DNA of 64,000 nucleotides from an uncultured Bacteroidota bacterium (lineage in GTDB: Bacteria; Bacteroidota; Ignavibacteria; UBA10030; UBA6906): assembly GCA_963779225.1 (NCBI GenBank), contig CAVZWW010000003.1:3359835-3423834 (forward strand). Reading direction: 5' to 3'. Below are positions 41,585 through 49,114 of this stretch, in pieces. A program made the position numbers and the translations under genes. Numbering within the stretch: the first letter of the stretch is position 1; each line of letters opens with the position of its first letter. The notes beneath the pieces were generated by a model, which saw only the letters and a program-made list of their open reading frames with translations, did no database searches and was not told the DNA's origin.

Positions 41585-43064
41585 GCTCTTCTTTGGACTG
41601 GTGTGTGTCGATGGCAATTGGATACCGGCCGCTGAAGCAGGCCGTGCAATAGTGCGCGCCGTTTTCCTGTGGTGCTGAGGCAAGCAGCTCGTCGATCGTC
41701 AGGTAACCCAGACTGTCCACTCCCAGTTCCTGCCTTATGGCCTCGATGTCGCCGCCACACTGGTTGGCGATCAGTTCTTCCGGTGTCGGGAAGTCCATCC
41801 CGTAGTGACAGGGAAACTTGATCGGCGGGGCGGTCACCCGGAAATGCACTTCTTTCGGCCCGGCTGACCGGATCAACTGCACGAGTTGTTTCGACGTTGT
41901 TCCGCGCACGATGGAATCATCCACGATCACCACAACGCGGTCTTTGAGAACACCTTTGACCGTATTGAACTTGATCTTGACCTTATTCTGCCGTACGTCC
42001 TGTCGCGGCTGGATGAAGGTGCGGCCGATGTAGTGGCTGCGGATGAGGCCGATCTCCAGCTTCGCGGATCCGCCCATCTTGTTGGTTTGCGACACGTAAC
42101 CCATTGTCGCGGTATTGCTCGAGTCGGGGACGTTGATGACAATGACTTTCTCGTGCGGATCTCTGGGGACCACGGGTTTGGCGATTGCGAGGTTCTTGCC
42201 GAGTTTCCGCCGGACCTTGTCCACGCTGTGTCCGAAGATCTGGCTGTCCGGGCGCGAGAAATATATGTATTCGAATATGCAGTGGTGGGGGTGCGGAGGT
42301 ATGTCTTTGATCCGGAAGGATTTCGGGACGCCGGTCAGGAGGGTTTCGTCATCGAACACCACCATCTCTCCCGGTTCCACGTCGCGGATATACTCGGCAT
42401 CGATGATGTCAAACGCGACGGTCTCCGAGGCCACGACGAACGCCTTGTCTTTCCGGCCGATGGCGAGGGGACGGACGCCCGCATTGTCGCGTGCCGCGAT
42501 CAGCCGGTTGTCGGCGAGAATCACCAGGGAGTACGCACCTTCGACCTTTGCCAGAGCCTCGCGGATCTGATCCAGTTGATCCGCATGCCGGCTCCGTGCG
42601 ATCAGGTGGAGGATAATTTCCGTATCGGAGGTCGTCTGGAAGATCGTGCCGGTTTCCTGGAGCTGTTTTCTGATTTCCCGGAAGTTGGTGAGGTTGCCGT
42701 TATGGCCGATAGCCAGGTTGCCACCGCTGTAGAGGACGGTAAACGGTTGCACGTTGAATTTGTTGTTTGCCGCTCCTGCGGTTGAATAGCGGTTATGCCC
42801 GATGGCCGATGTGCCGCGCAGGATATCCGTCAGGATACGATCATCGGCGTACACATCGTTGACCAGTCCGAAATCCTTGTGCACATGGAATCGGGGGCGG
42901 CGCCGGGCGGGATCGAATTCAGCGCTGACGATTCCCGATCCTTCTTGACCGCGGTGTTGTTGGGCGAGCAGGCCGTAGTAGGTAAGATGCGCTGCCGCGG
43001 GATGTCCATAGATACCGAAGACCGCACAGTGACATCTGGGCTTGTCGATGGCGGTTTCTTGCAT
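41574..43064 (-). CDS. purF: amidophosphoribosyltransferase with a short propeptide
   Basis: Ntn Cys in ...KPRCH-CAVFGIYG... preceded by an ~11-aa propeptide, as in B. subtilis PurF. A PRTase motif VVIVDDSIVRGTT is present. Confidence 0.85.
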   Translation of the reverse strand: MQETAIDKPRCHCAVFGIYGHPAAAHLTYYGLLAQQHRGQEGSGIVSAEFDPARRRPRFHVHKDFGLVNDVYADDRILTDILRGTSAIGHNRYSTAGAANNKFNVQPFTVLYSGGNLAIGHNGNLTNFREIRKQLQETGTIFQTTSDTEIILHLIARSRHADQLDQIREALAKVEGAYSLVILADNRLIAARDNAGVRPLAIGRKDKAFVVASETVAFDIIDAEYIRDVEPGEMVVFDDETLLTGVPKSFRIKDIPPHPHHCIFEYIYFSRPDSQIFGHSVDKVRRKLGKNLAIAKPVVPRDPHEKVIVINVPDSSNTATMGYVSQTNKMGGSAKLEIGLIRSHYIGRTFIQPRQDVRQNKVKIKFNTVKGVLKDRVVVIVDDSIVRGTTSKQLVQLIRSAGPKEVHFRVTAPPIKFPCHYGMDFPTPEELIANQCGGDIEAIRQELGVDSLGYLTIDELLASAPQENGAHYCTACFSGRYPIAIDTHQSKEEHEA

Positions 43065-43153
43065 TTGCAGGGGTGTCACATAGCTCCTTGACAGGGTAAG
43101 CTTAAATATACGACACCGGGGAACGTCAAACAAGCCTCGGCAATTTCGCCCGG

Positions 43154-43699
43154 CTATTTCGCTCCGATGGCTATCCAGTTTCCCCACATCGCGCCGACTC
43201 TGCCATCGCCCCAGGTCTTCATCCGCAGTGCAAAGCCGCTCTTCGTGATTCTGGTCGCGCTGACGTGCACCCGCACAGTCCGTGCGTCATCGCTCGTCGC
43301 GTCGAAACCGGAGAGTGAAGTGAGAACCTGCGGAAGAGTACTGAAAGGTTTTGTGAAGTTGACTTGCTGGATGTAGATCCTGTCCCCTCTGCCGCCGTTT
43401 AATGAATTGCCTTCGGTATCCGGATCGACCACAAATTCCCCGGCCTGGAACACCTGGGCCGACGAAGTTCCCGATGCCCGTGCCGGTGCGGGAGAAAATT
43501 CAGGTATTTGTACTGATTCGGGAGTTTTCATTGGTGCCGGTGCATTCGTGTCTGCAGGAACCTGCACCGGTGCAGTTGCCGGAGCTTGCTCCTGCGCAGT
43601 TGTCTTTGCCGGGGCCTGGGCCGGTGTCTCTCCTTGGGCGTGTGCCACCCCTTGAAGAAGCAGTGTGGCGGCAACGATGCCAAGAGCCGTGATTCTCAT
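43154..43699 (-). CDS. secreted protein: signal peptide, Ala/Pro-rich linker, C-terminal H-type-lectin-like domain
   Basis: MRITALGIVAATLLLQGVAHA signal peptide, then a low-complexity (A/P/Q/T) linker. The C-terminal ~110 aa follows the pattern VNFxxxFxxxPxV...TRITKSGFALRMKTWGD...WIAIG, reminiscent of PF09458. This domain call is from memory. Confidence 0.45.
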   Translation of the reverse strand: MRITALGIVAATLLLQGVAHAQGETPAQAPAKTTAQEQAPATAPVQVPADTNAPAPMKTPESVQIPEFSPAPARASGTSSAQVFQAGEFVVDPDTEGNSLNGGRGDRIYIQQVNFTKPFSTLPQVLTSLSGFDATSDDARTVRVHVSATRITKSGFALRMKTWGDGRVGAMWGNWIAIGAK

Positions 43700-43796
43700 A
43701 TTGTCTCCTTACCGGGATTTGTGGTTGATGAGTTGACGGTTCTATCGGGCTTAGGATGGATAGAAGCGGTTTGCCCGAAAGACGTACCGAAGGTCC

Positions 43797-44999
43797 TTGT
43801 TACTGTATTTGCAGGTCGCCCTGATTTTCCGTATTCTGCACCATTGTCGCGATACCCAATTCAAGGAAACAATCGTGTTCGATGTAGTGCTCTGGATACT
43901 GGGAACCCTGTACGCTGCAGGGATTCTTCTGTTTGCGGTCGGCGCGTGGAGAGCTCGCTATCGCCATAACAGCTCTTACCGCCCAAAGGTTTCCATTGTC
44001 GTGGCTGCGCGTAACGAGGAACTCAATATCCGTCGTTGTCTCGACTCAATCATCCGGCTCACTTATCCCCCGGAGCTGCTGGAGGTAATAATTGTGAACG
44101 ATCGGTCCAGCGATGCAACTCCCGATATTGTTCGCGAATTCGCGGCCCGGCGCAGCAATATTCATCTACTGAATGCCAGGGAGGGTTTGGGACAGCTCCG
44201 CGGAAAGGCCAATGCGATTTCTCAGGGAATTGATGGTTCCACGGGGGAGATCATTCTCATGACCGATGCTGATTGCACGGTGCCTTCCCGGTGGGTTGAG
44301 AATACCGTCAAGTACTATGTGGATAGAACCGTGGGCATCGTCCCGGGTTTCACCGCGATCCGGCATGCCAACATGTTCGAGGCCATGCAGACACTTGACT
44401 GGTTCGCGCTCTTTTCGGTCGCGGCCAGCGCCACGAAGTTCGGCTTCCCGGTGACTGCTGTGGGCAACAATTTCACTATTCGCAGGAGCGCTTATGACGC
44501 TGTGGGGGGCTACGCGGGCATTCCCTTCAGTGTGACGGAAGATTATGCCCTTTTCCACGCAGTGACCTCCGGCACCTCCTACCGCGCATGTTTTCCTCTT
44601 GATCCTTCCACGGTTGTCGAGAGCGAGCCCTGCAAGACGTGGCGCGAATTATACCGGCAACGGAAGCGATGGTTTGCGGGCGGACGGGACATGGATGCTC
44701 GCAGCATCAGCATCTTTGCTTCTGCGTGGTTGTTGAACGCGATGATTCTGGCAGGGTTGTTCATCGAGGTATCCCCTCTTCTGATTTCTGTGGTCATAAT
44801 GAAGATGGGGGTTGACTTTGCGCTTGTCCTTCCCGCGATAGTGGCATTCCGCCGCTGGGAGCTTCTCTCTGCCTTCCCTCTGTACGCGATCTACTATTTC
44901 TTCTACGTGTTGATTTACCCTCCCATTGTCCTGATCGGCCGCAATGTAGTCTGGAAGGATCAGCAATTCGGCAATCCGGAAACACCGCAGCCCTCATAA
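43797..44999 (+). CDS. family 2 glycosyltransferase (membrane-anchored)
   Basis: GT-A fold with VSIVVAARNE and a DxD motif in ILMTDADC. The C-terminal TM helices are typical of polymerising GT2 enzymes. Confidence 0.75.
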   Translation: MLLYLQVALIFRILHHCRDTQFKETIVFDVVLWILGTLYAAGILLFAVGAWRARYRHNSSYRPKVSIVVAARNEELNIRRCLDSIIRLTYPPELLEVIIVNDRSSDATPDIVREFAARRSNIHLLNAREGLGQLRGKANAISQGIDGSTGEIILMTDADCTVPSRWVENTVKYYVDRTVGIVPGFTAIRHANMFEAMQTLDWFALFSVAASATKFGFPVTAVGNNFTIRRSAYDAVGGYAGIPFSVTEDYALFHAVTSGTSYRACFPLDPSTVVESEPCKTWRELYRQRKRWFAGGRDMDARSISIFASAWLLNAMILAGLFIEVSPLLISVVIMKMGVDFALVLPAIVAFRRWELLSAFPLYAIYYFFYVLIYPPIVLIGRNVVWKDQQFGNPETPQPS

Positions 45000-45010
45000 G
45001 AGGGCTGCGG
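44985..45010. terminator. hairpin between convergent GT2 and AAA+ regulator genes
   Basis: Perfect 11-bp inverted repeat ccgcagccctc / gagggctgcgg with a 4-nt loop that contains the GT2 stop codon. No strong U-run follows, so the call is weak. Confidence 0.35.
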
Positions 45011-45043
45011 GAGATGTCGCCGGCGCTTCGCGTGGAGGTGTTG

Positions 45044-46078
45044 TTAGCTGCGTGTGCGTGCACTCGCGATGCCCAGGCGTTTGAGCTTGTACCGGAACGT
45101 TTGTTCAGTCATACCCAGGAATTGTGCGGCTTTCGACTGATTGAAACCAAACTTTTCGAGCGATCGTTCAATGATCCCCTTCTCGATGACGTCAAGAGAT
45201 TTGTCCAGCACGAACTCCTGACCGGCCATGATGTTGTTGATCATCTTCACCACTTCGGTCTTCTCGTCCACGAGCTCCGGCGGGAGCATGAACCGGCCGT
45301 CAGCGGAGAACAGTACGCACTTGTCGATCACCGATTTGAGTTCGCGGATATTCTCGCGCCATGGCTGGCGCATGAGGACGTCGATCGCGTTGATGTCGAT
45401 AATCAGATCGGGTATTCCCAATTCCTTGCAGATCTCTGAAGTGAAGTGTTTGATGAGAAGCGGGATATCGTCCTGTCTCTGGCGGAGTGGAGGAATTTCC
45501 ACTCGTTCAAACTCGTTCACTTTCACGAAGAGTTCTTCCATGAGCTTGCGTTGTTCAGCCAGCACGCCGGGGTCGCTCTTCATGGTAAAGATAAGGCGGG
45601 CATCTGTAGCGCCCGGGTTGTCGCTCCCCTGCCGGCGGGATTTCCGCTCATTCATGAAGGTGAGGACCTTCATCTGATTGCGAAAACTGGCTTCTTCGAG
45701 TTCTTCGATGAGGATGGTTCCCCCGTTTCCCTGATCGAAGAGACCGCGGCGTGTCGTCAGGGGCATTCCCTGGGAGGCGCGGTCATGTCCAAAGAGGAGC
45801 GCATCCAGTTCACGATCGTCGACGACGGAGAGGTTCACCGAGAGGAACGGACCATCGTTCCCGATCTGTTTCCCTGCGATGTAGATATTCTTTGCGACTG
45901 CACCTTTTCCGACGCCGGCTTCACCCACGAGCACGACATCGCGGCGCGACTTGGCAAGCGATGATATTTGCTTGATCAGCTGATCGACCGCCTTGCTTTT
46001 GCCGACGATGGGATACTCGAAAACCTGTTTGGCTTTCTTCTCCTCGCCCGCGTGCGTTTTGTGCTCTTTGTGTTCCAT
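45044..46078 (-). CDS. NtrC-family AAA+ / Fis-HTH transcriptional regulator lacking an N-terminal sensor domain, with a degenerate GAFTGA loop
   Basis: Walker A GEAGVGKG, arginine fingers RQRQDD and a C-terminal Fis-type HTH. Where ESELFGHEKGAFTGA is expected, the sequence reads DALLFGHDRASQGMP. Confidence 0.8.
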   Translation of the reverse strand: MEHKEHKTHAGEEKKAKQVFEYPIVGKSKAVDQLIKQISSLAKSRRDVVLVGEAGVGKGAVAKNIYIAGKQIGNDGPFLSVNLSVVDDRELDALLFGHDRASQGMPLTTRRGLFDQGNGGTILIEELEEASFRNQMKVLTFMNERKSRRQGSDNPGATDARLIFTMKSDPGVLAEQRKLMEELFVKVNEFERVEIPPLRQRQDDIPLLIKHFTSEICKELGIPDLIIDINAIDVLMRQPWRENIRELKSVIDKCVLFSADGRFMLPPELVDEKTEVVKMINNIMAGQEFVLDKSLDVIEKGIIERSLEKFGFNQSKAAQFLGMTEQTFRYKLKRLGIASARTRS

Positions 46079-46116
46079 CGGTGCAGTTTCCCCCTGTGCA
46101 AAACCGCAAAAGCAAG

Positions 46117-47271
46117 TTATTTGGTGTTTGGACTGACCCGTTGTTCCCGGCGGTCTGCCGGTACGAAGAGTCTCCCCACGAGTGCTCTTCGGTTGAAGAA
46201 GCTATCGATGACCATATTATCGAGCGTATCCCGCCACCGGGTGATACCGGAGGGGCTTGTCGCCAGCTCTTGTTCGTAGAACTCGCCGTTTGCCGATGTA
46301 ATAAAGCGAAGTCGCAGGGCAAAAAAGAGCGCGATAAGCAGGAGGACGCCGAGTGATGCATATTGTCCGGCGCCCATAACGCTTGCGAAGGTTTGCCATT
46401 CCAGCGCTTTCACTGCGCTCCACGCATGGAGTATTTCCATGCTACAAAACACGAGGAACAGGAACATGATCTTTTCGATGTACGCTCCTTGCGGCGGATC
46501 CTTCATGTATTGATAGCCGAAGAAGAGCAGGATGAACCCTATCGAAAGGATAGACATGTGGATCATGTACATCATGATGGGCTTATTGACCAGGATCTTA
46601 TAATTCGGTTCCACTAGATATGGAAACAGTTCCTCAATGCGCTCGCTCTTAGCCCCTGCATGCAGCGTGGCTACGGGATAGCCCTCCTGCCAGACATACA
46701 TTTCCGTAGTTTGGGCCAATTCATCAACAGTCGGCAGGCGGCCATGGCTGGAACTGAACTTCTCCTCAGCAATCGACATCGTCTTCCAGTCACGGACATC
46801 TTGAGTATAATAGGCGTAGTTTGGATTCAGCAAGAATGGCGTGAAGTAGAACAGAAAAAAACCTCCCACGATAGCGAGAGCCGCCAAGTATTTATAGAGA
46901 ATCTTGAAATCACGGAAAAGGACGTCGATGGAAATATAGACTACGCTGAGGGCCAATAGGAAAAAGTAAAACCCATACGAGATGTACTGATCGAAGTAGT
47001 GCTTATAGTAGGGGTCCGATATGAAGTTTCCAAACAATCCCAGAATTGGCACTGAGAAGAAGAAAGTGAAATTGATAAAGATTGCCCTGTTCTTTGGATT
47101 AGGTTCGTGCTTCGTAATCGCGACATTAATGAAAAACAAAAGAACTTGAGCAGCGCAGGCCGCAATCAGTGAGGTGGGCAATTCAGTATGCGGAAAGACT
47201 TGAAGCGCCCAGATGAACGCCCCCATGGAGGCAGCCCACAACCAAACAATTGTTTTCGCAGTTCTAGACAC
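46117..47271 (-). CDS. polytopic membrane protein of unknown function (about 10 TM), probably co-transcribed with the AAA+ regulator
   Basis: 384 aa. Hydrophobic segments throughout. Same strand as the regulator, with a 38-nt gap to it. Lower GC than the flanks. Confidence 0.55.
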   Translation of the reverse strand: MSRTAKTIVWLWAASMGAFIWALQVFPHTELPTSLIAACAAQVLLFFINVAITKHEPNPKNRAIFINFTFFFSVPILGLFGNFISDPYYKHYFDQYISYGFYFFLLALSVVYISIDVLFRDFKILYKYLAALAIVGGFFLFYFTPFLLNPNYAYYTQDVRDWKTMSIAEEKFSSSHGRLPTVDELAQTTEMYVWQEGYPVATLHAGAKSERIEELFPYLVEPNYKILVNKPIMMYMIHMSILSIGFILLFFGYQYMKDPPQGAYIEKIMFLFLVFCSMEILHAWSAVKALEWQTFASVMGAGQYASLGVLLLIALFFALRLRFITSANGEFYEQELATSPSGITRWRDTLDNMVIDSFFNRRALVGRLFVPADRREQRVSPNTK

Positions 47272-47482
47272 GTTTTCCGCTCGTTTGCAATTGAAACCTT
47301 CGCAATATACAGCGTTTGAGCGCAGTTGTCAAGGGACATAACGCAAATTTCTTCACACAAACGTAGTTTTGTGCTAAGGATCACAGGTGGATCGGGATGA
47401 AATAGGCAACAACTGATGTGCCAGCATTACAGAAAATCCTGGGCACGATTCCATGAAAAAACTGACGATTTGAGGAAAGAAC

Positions 47483-47511
47483 TTGACAAGTTCGTGAGCG
47501 ATGGCTATATT
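47483..47511 (+). promoter_or_regulatory. sigma-70-like promoter: TTGACA, 17-nt spacer, TATATT
   Basis: A consensus -35 hexamer and a near-consensus -10 with optimal 17-nt spacing. It lies about 245 nt upstream of the small-peptide gene ATG. Confidence 0.35.
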
Positions 47512-47761
47512 TATCACCCAGATGGATGATATTGAACATCGTCCCTCCCTATGAAGGCAGTAGAGTCTGCTTTGCCCGACCGTTTTACGTACTAGTCTTC
47601 CAGAAATACGCTCGAAAAGGTTCGGTGGGATCATGCGCCCGCCATCATGTGCGGGGTCCCCGATTTCGTGCGTGTCTCATTGTCAACTTGAATCCATCCA
47701 CCAGGTTTTTCATAAGTCAAGAATCATTAATTCCACAAAACCACTCCCGCCAGGAGGGACT

Positions 47762-47992
47762 ATGAGCAGCAACGCCAGGAAAGTGCGTGCCATTGCATTA
47801 ACCGTGATTGGAGTGATGGCAACAAACATCGCGATTTCGTTTGCCAGCGGTGATTCAGAAAAATCCTACACTCAGGCAAAGAAGCCTGAAATGCGCACGA
47901 GTGGGGCCCCTGCATACCCCAACCCGCCTCGTCCTCGTGCTGAAACCAAGACGAGTGGAGCCCCAACATTCCCTAATCCGCCGCGTCCGTAG
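47762..47992 (+). CDS. small secreted proline-rich peptide with a duplicated 13-aa motif TSGAP(A/T)(Y/F)PNPPRP
   Basis: AGGAGG Shine-Dalgarno about 5 nt before the ATG. Signal peptide MSSNARKVRAIALTVIGVMATNIAISFA|SG. The two repeat copies differ at 8 nucleotides, of which 6 are synonymous. Confidence 0.5.
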   Translation: MSSNARKVRAIALTVIGVMATNIAISFASGDSEKSYTQAKKPEMRTSGAPAYPNPPRPRAETKTSGAPTFPNPPRP

Positions 47993-48097
47993 TCTGAATG
48001 CCCAATGCGCTCGCGTGAAGACAACTGAACCCGTTTTCACGCGGGCGTATCTTGAATTCCCGTATCAGAAATCTCGCTAAGAACTTGGAGGGGGGAG

Positions 48098-49051
48098 TTG
48101 TCTCTGCTTCGTCGCGTCGCTGTTCACGTTGGACTCTTGTTGCTGACATTCCTCACCACAACGTTCGCCGGAGTACAATGGTTAAATAAAGATCCACTCG
48201 AACTGGCGAATTTTTCTTCCGGGCTGCCTTACGGCATCCTTATCATCGCAATGCTCTTGTCGCACGAGATGGGTCACTATTTGGCCGCTGTTCGGAACAA
48301 GGTGGCTGCGACATTCCCCTATTTTCTCCCTTTCCCTTCATTTCTCTTTTTTGGCGCCTTTCCATTCGGAACACTCGGCGCGGTAATCCGTCTCCAATCC
48401 CCCGTAACTTCCCGACGTGCGCTTTTTGATATCGGTTCCGCAGGCCCGATCGCGGGATTTGTGGTCAGCGTAGCGTTCCTGATCATAGGTTTCATCACAT
48501 TGCCAACCATAGACTATCTGTATTCGATTCATCCTGAATATGCCGGACTGGCTCACATCCCTACAGAAGGGCTTACATTCGGGACGAGCTTGCTTTACAA
48601 CCTCCTCTCGGCCGTCTTCTCCCCAGAAGGTGCTTTCATCCCGCCCATGAATGAGGTTTACCATTACCCGTTTCTTTGTGTCGGTTGGTTCGGGCTCTTC
48701 GTTACAGCCATGAATCTCTTACCGATAGGTCAGCTTGACGGAGGGCACATCATATATTCCATGTTCGGAGATGCTTATCATCGAATTGCGCAGGGCGCGC
48801 TAATTGGATTGATGATCTTGGGAACGCTCGGATTCCTCCCGCTTCTAGGAATACCATTTGACTTCGGATGGACGGGGTGGCTCTTCTGGGCAATTCTCCT
48901 TGTTTTTTTCATGCGTGGAACCCGCAAGAACCGTCCCCCAATCGAAGATCCGACCCCGCTGTCAACTTCACGAATGGTCCTGGGATGGCTTACGATTCTC
49001 ATCTTCATCTCATCTTTTTCCGTTAGCCCTCTTACGCTGCAACTGCCCTAA
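48098..49051 (+). CDS. M50-family site-2 protease homologue
   Basis: HEMGHY (HExxH) lies in a TM helix and NLLPIGQLDGGH (the LDG motif) in a later TM. There are about 6 TM helices and no PDZ or CBS domains. Confidence 0.8.
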   Translation: MSLLRRVAVHVGLLLLTFLTTTFAGVQWLNKDPLELANFSSGLPYGILIIAMLLSHEMGHYLAAVRNKVAATFPYFLPFPSFLFFGAFPFGTLGAVIRLQSPVTSRRALFDIGSAGPIAGFVVSVAFLIIGFITLPTIDYLYSIHPEYAGLAHIPTEGLTFGTSLLYNLLSAVFSPEGAFIPPMNEVYHYPFLCVGWFGLFVTAMNLLPIGQLDGGHIIYSMFGDAYHRIAQGALIGLMILGTLGFLPLLGIPFDFGWTGWLFWAILLVFFMRGTRKNRPPIEDPTPLSTSRMVLGWLTILIFISSFSVSPLTLQLP

Positions 49052-49114
49052 CCCACCCAAATCACCTTCACAACGCGGCGTCCTGGTTATCGCGAATTTC
49101 ATCCCACCAACTAT

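Noticed and set aside
47438-47456. Possible sigma-54 promoter (GGGCACG...), given the neighbouring EBP-like regulator
   Set aside because: The -24 GG element is present, but the -12 TTGC/GC element at the required spacing is absent (it reads attccatg). The adjacent regulator also lacks GAFTGA.
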